Of a DNA stretch of 38,689 nucleotides, positions 1 through 9,725 are shown piece after piece; the first letter of the stretch is position 1, and each line of letters starts with the position of its first letter. The notes below the pieces were generated by a model, which did no database searches, was not told the origin of the DNA, and saw nothing but the letters and a program-made list of their open reading frames with translations. Source of the DNA: Thermodesulfovibrionia bacterium (lineage in GTDB: Bacteria > Nitrospirota > Thermodesulfovibrionia > Thermodesulfovibrionales > SM23-35); the NCBI GenBank assembly GCA_041478735.1, contig JBGOWS010000001.1, positions 1 through 38,689 of the forward strand, read 5' to 3'. The translations under genes and the position numbers were made by a program.

Positions 1-1861
1 ACGGAAGTTCCCCCCTAAGAAATCATAAAATTCATATATTACGGGAAGTTAAATGAAATTTAGCCCTTAATGTAGCCACTAATAATATTATTTCAAAGTG
101 ATAATTATATTGACATATATGTAATAATAGATTATAAGTGTACTCACTATGTATGTCGATTCATCTACTGTTAAACAAGGCAACAAGTCATATACGCGAT
201 ATCTGCTGCGCGAATCTTATCGTGAGGGCAAAAAGGTCAGGCATCGCACGATAGCCAATCTCTCTAAATGCTCGGAGGAAGAAATTGCTGCTATCCGTCT
301 GGCGCTACGGCACAAGAAAAATCTTTCGGAATTGACAGATAAGGGAAAATCATTTTCACAAAAGCAGGGGTTATCCATAGGGGCAGTATGGCTGGTTTAT
401 GATATAGCCCGACAACTGGGTATCGTCAATGCCTTTGGGACAACCAGGCATGGCAAACTGGGACTGTGGCAGGTTATAGCCCGTGTGATTGATCAGGGCT
501 CACGGTTGTCGGCAGTGAGGCTGGCAGGATGCCAAGCTGCCTGTGATGTAGTTGGACTTGGGAAGTTTGACGAAGATGATTTATATGTCAATTTGGATTG
601 GCTTTGTGAAAACCAGGCAACGATTGAAGACCGTCTTTTTAGAAACCTTTATCGCACAGATAAACCGGGGCTGTTTCTTTATGATGTAACCAGTTCTTAT
701 TTTGAAGGCACCCATAATGAGCTGTCAGCCTTTGGATATAATAGAGACGGAAAGAAAGGCAAACAACAAATAGTTATAGGACTATTATGCAATGAAACCG
801 GAGTGCCTCTGTCAGTAGAGGTATTTACCGGCAATACGCAAGACCCCAAGACATTTGCCCCGCAAATCAAAAAGGTTGCTGAACGTTTTGGCAGCCAAGG
901 GGTGACATTTGTTGGGGATCGGGGGATGATTAAAAGTCAACAGATCGAACAATTGGGGTCTGCACAGTATGGCTTTCATTACATTACAGCAATCACAAAA
1001 CCACAGATAGAGAAGCTGCTTAAGGAAAAAGTAATACAGATGGATCTTTTCGAGCAGGAGCTTGCAGAAGTCAAAACTATTGAAGGGCTTCGGTATGTGC
1101 TTAGACGAAATCCTGCACGGGCACTGGAAATACAAAAATCAAGGCAAGACAAACTAAAAGCTTTGAAAAAGGAAATTGCCAAACAAAACCAATATCTCAA
1201 AGAGCATCCCCGTTCGGTTGTTGAAGTTTCGCTTCGCAGGGTCAATGACCGTAGTAAACAATTGAAGATTTCGGATTGGGCTTTGCTATCAGCATCTGAT
1301 AGGGAGATAAAACTAACTGTAGAGGATGATATTTTAACCGAGGAAGCAAAACTCGACGGATGTTATGTACTAAAGACTGACTTATCGGAGGCAGCCGCAA
1401 CGAAAGAGATTATCCATAACCGTTATAAAGATCTTGCATTAGTAGAATCCGCATTCCGTACCAGCAAGACAGTGGACTTGGAACTCCGCCCTATTCACGT
1501 CCGTCTGGCAACACGGACGCGTGGTCATGCATTTGTAGTGATGCTGGCATATCGAATCATACAGGAGCTTGCCATAAGATGGCAGCATCTGGATGTAACA
1601 ATTCAAGAAGGCATTAATGAACTTTCCACTTTATGTGCCACTGAATTGATAATTAACGGAGAAAAACAATGCAATCAGATACCACAGCCCCGAGGATCTG
1701 TAAGGAAGTTAATAGAAGCTGCAAATGTCAGAATGCCGGAAGCGATCCCATGCAGAGGAGTAATTGTAACCACTAAGAAGAAACTGACATCACGCCGTAA
1801 AATAAAATGATTTCAAATAGTTAGAGATGTTGGAGTGTTTTTTTTCAGGGGGAACATCCGA
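1..1861 (+). mobile_element. IS1634-family (IS4-like DDE) insertion sequence; left end coincides with window start
   Basis: One 553-aa transposase ORF bracketed by imperfect terminal inverted repeats: ACGGAAGTTCCCCC (1-14) versus GGGGGAACATCCGA (1848-1861), complementary at 12 of 14 positions. Subterminal copy ACGGGAAGTT at 41-50. Confidence 0.8.
149..1810 (+). CDS. IS1634-family DDE transposase
   Basis: N-terminus MYVDSSTVKQGNKSYTRYLLRESYREGKKVRHRTIANLSK is the characteristic IS1634-group start. 553 aa is a typical length, and the ORF lies between the IRs. Confidence 0.85.
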   Translation: MYVDSSTVKQGNKSYTRYLLRESYREGKKVRHRTIANLSKCSEEEIAAIRLALRHKKNLSELTDKGKSFSQKQGLSIGAVWLVYDIARQLGIVNAFGTTRHGKLGLWQVIARVIDQGSRLSAVRLAGCQAACDVVGLGKFDEDDLYVNLDWLCENQATIEDRLFRNLYRTDKPGLFLYDVTSSYFEGTHNELSAFGYNRDGKKGKQQIVIGLLCNETGVPLSVEVFTGNTQDPKTFAPQIKKVAERFGSQGVTFVGDRGMIKSQQIEQLGSAQYGFHYITAITKPQIEKLLKEKVIQMDLFEQELAEVKTIEGLRYVLRRNPARALEIQKSRQDKLKALKKEIAKQNQYLKEHPRSVVEVSLRRVNDRSKQLKISDWALLSASDREIKLTVEDDILTEEAKLDGCYVLKTDLSEAAATKEIIHNRYKDLALVESAFRTSKTVDLELRPIHVRLATRTRGHAFVVMLAYRIIQELAIRWQHLDVTIQEGINELSTLCATELIINGEKQCNQIPQPRGSVRKLIEAANVRMPEAIPCRGVIVTTKKKLTSRRKIK

Positions 1862-1884
1862 TTTAAACATACAACTATTATTTT

Positions 1885-1998
1885 ATATGGGTATCCCCTT
1901 AAGTGGTGTAACCACTATAAGTTGTAGTTGCTTTACCTCAGACCCATCAAGTGCTATACTATATCTTGGTGCTACACCAGTCAAGGGGATACCCATAT
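1885..1998. repeat. Perfect 16-bp inverted repeat flanking an 82-bp core (MITE-like or structured element)
   Basis: ATATGGGTATCCCCTT (1885-1900) and AAGGGGATACCCATAT (1983-1998) are exact reverse complements. The element sits directly after the IS right end and has no ORF. Confidence 0.6.
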
Positions 1999-2054
1999 TA
2001 TTTTAAATCAATGTGGTAGGTAAGATGCTCTTCCGCTAATACTTTGATTTTTGA

Positions 2055-2295
2055 TTATGGAGCATGGGCAAATTTAACAGTGAGGAGTTCTCTAAAAGTC
2101 CAGACATGGTCGGTTAATCCAGCAGCCATGCCTGGAGTTTTTTGCTTCCATATTTGTTAAAAGGGTTTGGTTTTTTCATTGACTTTTTCTCTGAGGCTCA
2201 TATGAGGCCGAGCAAAATTATAAAAGGCTTGAAAGAAAACAGTTTGTTTCTTGAGGTTTTCTCTATTCTTGCTAAAGCTCAAGGTTTTCCGGACC
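2055..2295 (-). pseudogene. IS1-family transposase C-terminal remnant with an in-frame stop
   Basis: Minus-strand translation reads ...[79 protein letters not shown]. RKxLSFSK, YNFxRPHxSL and [13 protein letters not shown] are typical IS1-family C-terminal motifs. There is no N-terminal part. Confidence 0.65.
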
Positions 2296-2298
2296 AAA

Positions 2299-2529
2299 GG
2301 ACTTCCTGATGATTGGCATCGAAGGTATAAATACCGTCCTGTCTTAATGGAAACCTTCGTTGAAATTCAGCGTTTTCATGGAACATATTACAAAGCAGCT
2401 AACTGGATTTATGTGGGACAAACTAAAGGAAGGGGAAAATGTGACGTATATAACACTGCAAAGCTCCCTGTAAAAAATATATGGCTATATCCTCTCAATA
2501 AGTCCTTTAGAAGCATACTTTGCAGCTAA
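2299..2529 (+). pseudogene. DUF4338 (DruA-like domain) C-terminal fragment
   Basis: LPDDWHRRYKYRPVLMETFVEIQRFHGTYYKAANWIYVGQTKGRGK matches the conserved DUF4338 C-terminal block. The first ~16 codons of track ORF 2251..2529 are only the antisense of the IS1 remnant. Confidence 0.6.
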
Positions 2530-2756
2530 CATTTCTTTTTTACTTTACAATATAACGGGGTTTACCGAATATTTACAAAGAAAGAATGTGCGCCTATCAA
2601 AACATCTGAAATACTTATTAAACTCGAAAAGTCATATTATTGACAGTTTTAGGATGTGAATCAGGATTATTGATAATTGGTTGTACATAGCATAACACAA
2701 AGAAATTAAATGATATTTATAAGGTGTAGTTACAGAAGTCTGATTAGGTTAGCAAC

Positions 2757-2772
2757 TGGCAGGAAAATTGCT
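2757..2772 (+). promoter_or_regulatory. Sigma-54 (RpoN) -24/-12 promoter candidate upstream of the sugar cassette
   Basis: TGGCAGGAAAATTGCT fits TGGCAC-N5-TTGCW with the correct GG-N10-GC spacing. It lies ~105 nt upstream of the ATG at 2877. Confidence 0.55.
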
Positions 2773-2876
2773 AATTTGCATATTATGAAAAAGTTATTGC
2801 TTTTTTTTCAGGTGTTCCAACATAAAGATGAGTAAAGGTTTAATAGCAGCACTATTAACGGGAGTGGAGCGCAATT

Positions 2877-4097
2877 ATGCCACAGTGTCTGGTCTGTAAA
2901 TACCATATAGCACCTTTCATGTCTTTTGGCAGGATGTCGCTGGCTAACGGCTTTCTCCCTGCAGATCGTTTTAGTGAGGAGTACTTCTTCGATCTGAGTG
3001 TTGCATTCTGCTCGAACTGTACGATGGTGCAATTGGTCGAACAGCCAGCACCTGAGAAGATGTTCCATGGTGAGTATGCTTTTTTTTCAGGAACATCATC
3101 AGGAATGGCCGCCCATTTCGAAAAGTTTGCTTCCCATGTTATTAAAGATTATCTTGGATCTGATGATCCATTTGTTGTTGAGATTGGATGTAATGACGGA
3201 ATAATGCTGAGACATTTCGCAGACACAGGAATAAGACATCTTGGCATTGAGCCCTCGGAGAATGTCGCAAAAGCTGCAAAGGCGCTGGGTGTGAAGACAA
3301 TTAGCCGTTTTTTTGATGAGGACCTATCGAGGGATATTGTTAGAGAGCATGGCAAGGCCGATGCATTTCTGGGTGCAAACGTTATGTGCCACATCGCGAG
3401 TATTAATTCTGTGATCCAGGGAATCAAAACGCTTCTGAAGCCGGATGGCGTTGCCATGTTTGAAGATCCATATCTTGGGGATGTTATCGAGAAGACTTCT
3501 TATGACCAGATATATGATGAGCACGTTTTCCTGTTTTCTGTCTCATCAATTCAATATGCCTTTAAACAGCACGGGATGGAATTGATCGATATCGAACCGC
3601 AGAGTACGCATGGGGGTTCTATGCGTTATGTGATCGCGCACAAGGGTGCCCGTAAAATCGCAGATTCCGTGTTTGAGCAGTTGGAAAAGGAGGCGGTACT
3701 TGGACTTAATCGGGCAACGACATATGATAGATTCAGGCGGAAGTGCGAGGAGTCGAGGGATGCGTTAAAGGCGATTTTGACAGGGCTCAATAGCGAGGGT
3801 AAGCGCGTTGTCGGGTATGCCGCGACATCGAAAAGTACGACGGTACTGAATTACTGCAACATCGACTCATCTCTTATTTCGTATATCAGCGATACAACAC
3901 CTATCAAACAGGGAAAGTATAGTCCGGGAGTGCATATTCCTGTGAGGCCTTATCAAGAATTTGTCTCAGACTATCCTGATTTTGCGCTTCTGCTTGCCTG
4001 GAATCATTCAGAAGAGATAATGGCCAAGGAGCAGAAATTCAGGGAAGCCGGTGGAAAGTGGATTGTCTTTGTGCCGGAGGTTAAGGTTCTGGAATGA
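2877..4097 (+). CDS. NDP-hexose C-methyltransferase (TylCIII-like; Zn-ribbon + class I SAM MTase + C-methyltransferase C-terminal domain)
   Basis: N-terminal CxxC...CxxC ribbon (MPQCLVCKY...[10 protein letters not shown]), SAM motif VVEIGCNDG, 406 aa, sugar-cluster context. RBS GGAG upstream. Confidence 0.75.
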   Translation: MPQCLVCKYHIAPFMSFGRMSLANGFLPADRFSEEYFFDLSVAFCSNCTMVQLVEQPAPEKMFHGEYAFFSGTSSGMAAHFEKFASHVIKDYLGSDDPFVVEIGCNDGIMLRHFADTGIRHLGIEPSENVAKAAKALGVKTISRFFDEDLSRDIVREHGKADAFLGANVMCHIASINSVIQGIKTLLKPDGVAMFEDPYLGDVIEKTSYDQIYDEHVFLFSVSSIQYAFKQHGMELIDIEPQSTHGGSMRYVIAHKGARKIADSVFEQLEKEAVLGLNRATTYDRFRRKCEESRDALKAILTGLNSEGKRVVGYAATSKSTTVLNYCNIDSSLISYISDTTPIKQGKYSPGVHIPVRPYQEFVSDYPDFALLLAWNHSEEIMAKEQKFREAGGKWIVFVPEVKVLE

Positions 4098-5194
4098 TCT
4101 TGTGCGCAAATCCTTTAGCACAATATATTGCTCATAAAGAAGAAATTGATGCTTCTATTTCAAGGGTACTGAACAAGGGGTGGTATATTCTTGGTGAAGA
4201 GGTGAAGATGCTTGAGAAGGAGTTTGCTGAATACGTAGGCGTCTCATACGGAATCGGGGTGGGTAACGGGACTGATGCGCTTCATCTTGCGCTTGTGGCG
4301 TGCGGGATAGGCCCTGGCGATGAGGTGATAACTGTTTCTCATACGGCTGTTGCTACGGTATCTGCTATTGTAATGGCAGGGGCAACTCCGGTATTTGTGG
4401 ATATTGAACAAGATTATTATACTATGGATCCTTCCAGTCTTGAAGCTGCAATTACCTCGAAAACAAAGGCAATTATCCCTGTGCATCTCTATGGACAGCC
4501 TGCCGATATGGATCCGATTATGGCTATAGCAAAAAAACATGATTTATTAGTAATTGAAGACTGTGCACAGGCTCATGGGGCTATGTATAAGAATAAGCGC
4601 GTTGGTTCTTTCGGCTCAATGGCATGCTTCAGCTTTTACCCTACAAAGAATTTGGGGGCGCTCGGAGATGGTGGGATGGTTGTAACTAACGATGACTCCC
4701 TCGCCTCACGGTCCCGCTTACTTCGTGAATATGGATGGGTAGATCGTTATGTAAGCCATATAAAAGGGTGGAATACACGACTCGACGAAATCCAGGCGGC
4801 AGTGCTTAGGGTTAAATTACGGCATCTGGAGCAGGATAATAGCAAACGTATGCGGCTTGCTCAGATCTACGACAGAGGTTTATCCGAGATACCTGAAATC
4901 AGATTGCCCAAGAGACGGAAAGGTTCTATACACGTTTGCCATCTTTATGCAGTCAGATATAATAAAAGAAATGAACTAATCGCTTTTCTCAAAGAAAAAG
5001 ACATACAGGCACTTATACATTATCCGGAACCGGTGCATCTCCAGCCTGCATTTCTTGAATGTGTATGTGTTTCCAATTCACTCCGCGAGACCGAACATGT
5101 TGCGGAATCAGTGCTTTCGTTGCCTATTTATCCCGAGATAAATGATTCAGAAGTGCAAACGATTATTGATGTGCTGAGAGGATATTTTTCATGA
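4094..5194 (+). CDS. DegT/DnrJ/EryC1/StrS-family PLP-dependent sugar aminotransferase
   Basis: Motifs [21 protein letters not shown] and the PLP-lysine block [15 protein letters not shown]. The ATGA overlap with the upstream stop indicates translational coupling. Confidence 0.85.
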   Translation: MILCANPLAQYIAHKEEIDASISRVLNKGWYILGEEVKMLEKEFAEYVGVSYGIGVGNGTDALHLALVACGIGPGDEVITVSHTAVATVSAIVMAGATPVFVDIEQDYYTMDPSSLEAAITSKTKAIIPVHLYGQPADMDPIMAIAKKHDLLVIEDCAQAHGAMYKNKRVGSFGSMACFSFYPTKNLGALGDGGMVVTNDDSLASRSRLLREYGWVDRYVSHIKGWNTRLDEIQAAVLRVKLRHLEQDNSKRMRLAQIYDRGLSEIPEIRLPKRRKGSIHVCHLYAVRYNKRNELIAFLKEKDIQALIHYPEPVHLQPAFLECVCVSNSLRETEHVAESVLSLPIYPEINDSEVQTIIDVLRGYFS

Positions 5195-5937
5195 AAGGCC
5201 CCATATGGGAAGGGGTTTATGCTTCGTTTGTTGATGTCCCTGTAACTGGGCCGGGGTTTTCTGGAGAAATTTGGAGGAACAATTCACTAAAGAAGATTTC
5301 TCACTTTAGGGAGCTATCGGTAGCAGAACATTCTATACCACCTGTTACTATTAATCGTGACAGTCTTCTCCCAATCCTTACGGCGTTTGTAAGTGCGGAA
5401 GGCAGTTCTGTTGTCTTGCTCGATTATGGTGGAGGCATAGGATTCTCTTATTATCAGGTCCAGAGCTCTTTACCTGAAAGAGCAATCTTGAAGTTCCACA
5501 TAGTTGAACTTGAAGATGTTTGTCGAGTAGGCCGCGAGTTTTTTGTGGACACACCAAATATATTCTTTCATGAGTCTCTGCCAGATGTGTGGAGCCATTC
5601 CCTTCTGTTTAATGGAGTAATAAAGGCTTGGCATTTTCACCGTATACAGACTGACTGGTGGTATGTGGCAAGTGGGGTCCTGAGGGTTGGGTTATATGAC
5701 ATGCGGCCTGATTCGTCCACCTTTAAGAAGACCATGGATTTTCTTATGGGCGATTTGCAGCAGTCACAGGTCGTCAAGAAACCTCCGGGTGTAGCTCATG
5801 GATGTAAGACCATACAGGGACCTGTTAATTTGTTCTATGTTACCTCCCACGTCTATAATCCGGATGATGAGATTCGTATTGCTTACAATGATCCGGAGAT
5901 GAACTTTGACTGGCTCAAAGGGCCGGAAATCAAGTAA
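5191..5937 (+). CDS. Chimeric ORF: N-terminal part of a TIGR04325/LIC12133-type methyltransferase fused in frame to the C-terminal part of an RmlC-like cupin (dTDP-4-dehydrorhamnose 3,5-epimerase family)
   Basis: Residues 1-~132 ([10 protein letters not shown]...[13 protein letters not shown]...) resemble the methyltransferase N-terminus. Residues ~140-248 ([32 protein letters not shown]...PGVAHGC...[20 protein letters not shown]) resemble the RmlC C-terminal two thirds. ATGA overlap with the upstream gene. Confidence 0.6.
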   Translation: MKGPIWEGVYASFVDVPVTGPGFSGEIWRNNSLKKISHFRELSVAEHSIPPVTINRDSLLPILTAFVSAEGSSVVLLDYGGGIGFSYYQVQSSLPERAILKFHIVELEDVCRVGREFFVDTPNIFFHESLPDVWSHSLLFNGVIKAWHFHRIQTDWWYVASGVLRVGLYDMRPDSSTFKKTMDFLMGDLQQSQVVKKPPGVAHGCKTIQGPVNLFYVTSHVYNPDDEIRIAYNDPEMNFDWLKGPEIK

Positions 5938-6624
5938 ATGGTATCCAGGAATAAGCCGGATAACCTGCCACCTTCAATGCTCTTATGGGGTGGTACGGGA
6001 CAGGCCAAGGTTTTACGGCCACTCATAGAATATTACGGCTCAAAGGTTGTCGTGGTAATTGACGATACACCGGATATTCCCCCGCCTTTCCCTGACGTCC
6101 CGGTGTACTTCGGGTGGGATGGGTTTTATCAGTGGATAAAGGATCAGGACCGAAAAAAAATCGGTTTTTGTATAGCAATCGGGAATCCTCATGGGAGGGT
6201 AAGAATCTCGCTGCATGATTCGCTGAATGCTGAGGGGCTTTCACCTGTGACATTGGTTCATCCGGCTGCCTGGGTTGCCAAGAATGCGTTTATTGGAGAT
6301 GGATCGCAAGTTCTTGCCGGAGCAATTGTTGAGGCTGAAGCAAGCATCGGACGACAATGCATCATTAATACTAAGGCAAGCGTTGATCACGAGTGTATCC
6401 TTCATGATGGAGTGGAACTTGCACCTGGTGCAACGCTTTGTGGAATCGTCACAGCAGGAATAAATGCCTGGATATGTGCGGGTGCGATAGTGCTTCCGCG
6501 AATCAATATAGGTGCTGATGCGGTTATAGGTGCGGGTGCTGTTGTGACAAGGGATGTGCCGGAGGCAACAACGGTCGTAGGCGTTCCGGCAAGACCGTTG
6601 AATGCAGGAAAAAAGAAGGATTAG
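5938..6624 (+). CDS. NeuD/PglD/VioB-family sugar N-acetyltransferase (left-handed beta-helix)
   Basis: N-terminal Rossmann-like [11 protein letters not shown] followed by hexapeptide repeats ([13 protein letters not shown]...[13 protein letters not shown]). Starts 1 nt after the upstream stop (TAAATG). Confidence 0.8.
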   Translation: MVSRNKPDNLPPSMLLWGGTGQAKVLRPLIEYYGSKVVVVIDDTPDIPPPFPDVPVYFGWDGFYQWIKDQDRKKIGFCIAIGNPHGRVRISLHDSLNAEGLSPVTLVHPAAWVAKNAFIGDGSQVLAGAIVEAEASIGRQCIINTKASVDHECILHDGVELAPGATLCGIVTAGINAWICAGAIVLPRINIGADAVIGAGAVVTRDVPEATTVVGVPARPLNAGKKKD

Positions 6625-6626
6625 AC

Positions 6627-7742
6627 ATGAAAAAGATTTTTATGGCAGGACCCTGGATAACTGAACACGAGATAAAAGTAGTCGAAGATGCCATGAAAAA
6701 TGGCTGGTACGAAAATGCTTACTACTATGTTGAAACGTTCCAGCGCGAGTTTGCGGAATATCATAGCCGAAGGTATGGCATTATGACCCCCAATTGCACC
6801 ACGGCAATCCATCTTCTTCTTACTGCCATGGGCATTAAGAAGGGAGACGAAGTCATTGTCCCTGAGTGCACATGGATTGCAACTGCCGCACCTATTACTT
6901 ATCTTAGGGCTACACCAGTTTTTTGCGATATTGATCCCGAACACTGGTGTCTCGATCCTCTTTCCGTTGAGAGGAATATTACAGAAAAGACGAAGGCTAT
7001 TATTGTTGTTGATCTTTACGGCAATATGCCGCTGATGGATGAGCTCTTGGAGATATCACACAAATATCGAATACCGCTTGTCGAAGATGCAGCTGAGGCC
7101 ATTGGATCGATTTATAAGGGAACACGCGCAGGAAAGTTCGGCATCGGATCTGTTTTTAGCTTTCACCGGACAAAGACTATCACCACAGGTGAAGGTGGGA
7201 TGTTGCTTCTTGATGATGCCACCTTGTATGAAAGATGTATGTTTTTGCGGGACCATGGGCGGGTCAAGGATATACCATACTACAATTCAGAAGTTACCTA
7301 TAAATATATGCCATTCAATCTGCAGGCTGCTCTTGGATATGCTCAGTTTCAGCGAATAGAGGAACTTGTTGGCAGGAAACGAGAACTCCTGAAAATGTAT
7401 AAAGAACGGCTGTCTGATATTGAAGACCTGCAGTTTAACTCTGAACCTGAGCATGTGCAAAATGGGGCATGGACCACGGCCCTCGTATTTGGGAAATCTC
7501 ATTGTATTACGAAGAAAGAAGCTATGAGACAGATAGAAGCTATGGGAATGCTAACCCGACCTTTTTTTTATCCGCTGTCTTCACTCCCAGCCTATCCCGG
7601 TTGCGGCCCAAAATATGAAGAACGTAATCCAATTGCATATGATATCTCAGACCGCGGAATCAATCTGTCCTGTGCTATGAACCTTACTGAAGACCAGATT
7701 CATGCTCAGTGTGACGCAATTAGAAAAATACTCGGCAGATAA
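6627..7742 (+). CDS. Second DegT/DnrJ/EryC1/StrS-family sugar aminotransferase
   Basis: PNCTTAIHLLL, EDAAEAIGS and the PLP-lysine block FSFHRTKTITTGEGG. RBS GAAGGA upstream. Confidence 0.85.
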   Translation: MKKIFMAGPWITEHEIKVVEDAMKNGWYENAYYYVETFQREFAEYHSRRYGIMTPNCTTAIHLLLTAMGIKKGDEVIVPECTWIATAAPITYLRATPVFCDIDPEHWCLDPLSVERNITEKTKAIIVVDLYGNMPLMDELLEISHKYRIPLVEDAAEAIGSIYKGTRAGKFGIGSVFSFHRTKTITTGEGGMLLLDDATLYERCMFLRDHGRVKDIPYYNSEVTYKYMPFNLQAALGYAQFQRIEELVGRKRELLKMYKERLSDIEDLQFNSEPEHVQNGAWTTALVFGKSHCITKKEAMRQIEAMGMLTRPFFYPLSSLPAYPGCGPKYEERNPIAYDISDRGINLSCAMNLTEDQIHAQCDAIRKILGR

Positions 7743-7762
7743 TACTTTTAGAAAGGAATGAT

Positions 7763-8773
7763 ATGAGTGAGCTTACATATATGAAATTGCCGGATCTTAA
7801 GGGAGCAAAAATACTGATAACCGGAGGGCTTGGCTTTATCGGGAGCAATCTTGCACATGCTTGCCTACAGCAGGGGGCAGAAGTATCGATTTTCGATTGC
7901 CTGGACCCCCATTCAGGGGGAAAGATTTATAATGTAATGGATATAAAGGACTCAGTTACTCTTTGCTTCCATGACATACTAAACTTCGATCAGGTGTCTC
8001 ATCATGTAAGCAGAAACGATATTATTATTAATTGTGCTGCTTCGACATCTCATCCTTTTTCAATGAGGGAGCCCTGGATCGATCTTGATGTTAACAGCAG
8101 AGGAGTTATCAACATATTGGAGGCCATTCGTAGATTCAATCGCAGGGGAAAGTTCATTCATATCGGCACGAGTACTCAGTTGGGAAGGTTACAATATCAA
8201 CCTGCTGACGAGAACCATCCCGAGTTCCCGACTGATATCTATTCAGCTAATAAGAGTGTTTCAGAAAAATATGTGCTTATATATGCGAATGCTTTTCAAT
8301 TGAGGGCGTCTGTTGTAAGATTGTCAAATGTCTTTGGCCCGAGAGCCAGCATACATAGTCCCGAATTTACTTTCAATAATTATTTCATCGGCCTTGCCCT
8401 GCAGGGAAAGGACATAACCGTATTCGGAGACGGGGCCCAAAAAAGAAACGCAATCTATGTCGACGATGTGGTCTCAGCTATTCTGATGGCGGCAAAGAGC
8501 GACTTGGTCGACGGTGAGACCCTCTTTGCAGTTAGCGATTACCATTATAGCGTTGCTAAGATTGCTGAGGAAACGGTTCGACATATGGGTTCAGGTAACG
8601 TCAAGTTCATAGAGTGGCCAAAAAGCAGAAAATCCATTGAAGTTGGCGACGCGATTCTAAGCAATAAGAAAGTCAGGAAGCTGCTGAACTGGTCGCCCGA
8701 GCATGACTTGGAAGCAGGTCTTTTAAAGACAAAGGCATTCTATGAGACATGTCTTGATGAATATCTGAGGTGA
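7763..8773 (+). CDS. NAD-dependent sugar epimerase/dehydratase (extended SDR)
   Basis: GGLGFIGSNL Rossmann motif and YSANK (YxxxK) catalytic motif. Confidence 0.8.
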   Translation: MSELTYMKLPDLKGAKILITGGLGFIGSNLAHACLQQGAEVSIFDCLDPHSGGKIYNVMDIKDSVTLCFHDILNFDQVSHHVSRNDIIINCAASTSHPFSMREPWIDLDVNSRGVINILEAIRRFNRRGKFIHIGTSTQLGRLQYQPADENHPEFPTDIYSANKSVSEKYVLIYANAFQLRASVVRLSNVFGPRASIHSPEFTFNNYFIGLALQGKDITVFGDGAQKRNAIYVDDVVSAILMAAKSDLVDGETLFAVSDYHYSVAKIAEETVRHMGSGNVKFIEWPKSRKSIEVGDAILSNKKVRKLLNWSPEHDLEAGLLKTKAFYETCLDEYLR

Positions 8774-8777
8774 AGAA

Positions 8778-9725
8778 ATGAAAATATTGATTACCGGGGC
8801 GCTTGGACATATAGGATCACGGCTGCTTCGTGACATTCCGAAGCTTCAGCCATGCGTCGAGATTATCATGATAGACAATATGATGACTCAGCGATATTCA
8901 TCTCTTTTTGACCTTCCGGAAGGGGGCACATATCATTTCATTGAAGATGATATTTTGACAGCCGATATATGGGCAGTGATGAATGGAGTCAATGTGGTTA
9001 TTCACCTCGCAGCTGTAACTGATGCGGCCAATAGCTTCAGGAACAAGGAACAGGTTGAGCATGTAAATTATAATGCTACTGCGAGAGTTGCTGAGGCCTG
9101 TTGTACTGCGGGAATACCTATGATCCATATTTCGTCTACAAGCGTATATGGAACTCAAAAAGAACTTGTAGATGAGACCTGCTCGCATGACGAACTCCAA
9201 CCACAGAGCCCTTATGCGGAGACAAAGCTGAAGGAGGAAAATCTGCTGAGAAATCTTGGTTTGTCGAAAGGGCTCCGGTTTATCTCGTGCCGGTTCGGGA
9301 CAATTGCCGGTACCTCGACTGGCATGCGCTTCCATACTGCTGTCAACAAGTTTTGCTGGCAGGCAGTTATGGGGCAGCCGCTTACTGTCTGGAGAACTGC
9401 CATGCACCAAAAGCGGCCTTATCTTTCTCTTGATGATGCAGTGAGGGCATTGATGTTTATAATTGATAGAGAGCTCTTTGATAACAGAGTCTACAACGTG
9501 CTGACTGAGAACCTGACGGTGCACGATATAGTCGAGTCTATAAAGCAGAGGGCCCCTGAACTTTTGGTTGGTTTTGTCGATGCCCAGATTATGAATCAGT
9601 TATCCTATGAAGTATCGAATAAGCGATTTAAAGACAAAGGTTTTAATTTTACCGGCAGTATCGACAGATGTATCGCTGATACTATCAGATTGATTGGTAA
9701 AGCAGGAGGAAACCGTGTCAGATAA
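8778..9725 (+). CDS. NAD-dependent sugar epimerase/reductase (extended SDR)
   Basis: GALGHIGSRL Rossmann motif and YAETK (YxxxK). RBS GAGGTG upstream. Confidence 0.8.
   Translation: MKILITGALGHIGSRLLRDIPKLQPCVEIIMIDNMMTQRYSSLFDLPEGGTYHFIEDDILTADIWAVMNGVNVVIHLAAVTDAANSFRNKEQVEHVNYNATARVAEACCTAGIPMIHISSTSVYGTQKELVDETCSHDELQPQSPYAETKLKEENLLRNLGLSKGLRFISCRFGTIAGTSTGMRFHTAVNKFCWQAVMGQPLTVWRTAMHQKRPYLSLDDAVRALMFIIDRELFDNRVYNVLTENLTVHDIVESIKQRAPELLVGFVDAQIMNQLSYEVSNKRFKDKGFNFTGSIDRCIADTIRLIGKAGGNRVR

Noticed and set aside
2251-2298. N-terminal 16 codons of track ORF 2251..2529.
   Set aside because: They are the antisense of the IS1-family remnant. Real DUF4338 similarity begins only at ~2299, so the ORF is a fragment and not a 92-aa gene.
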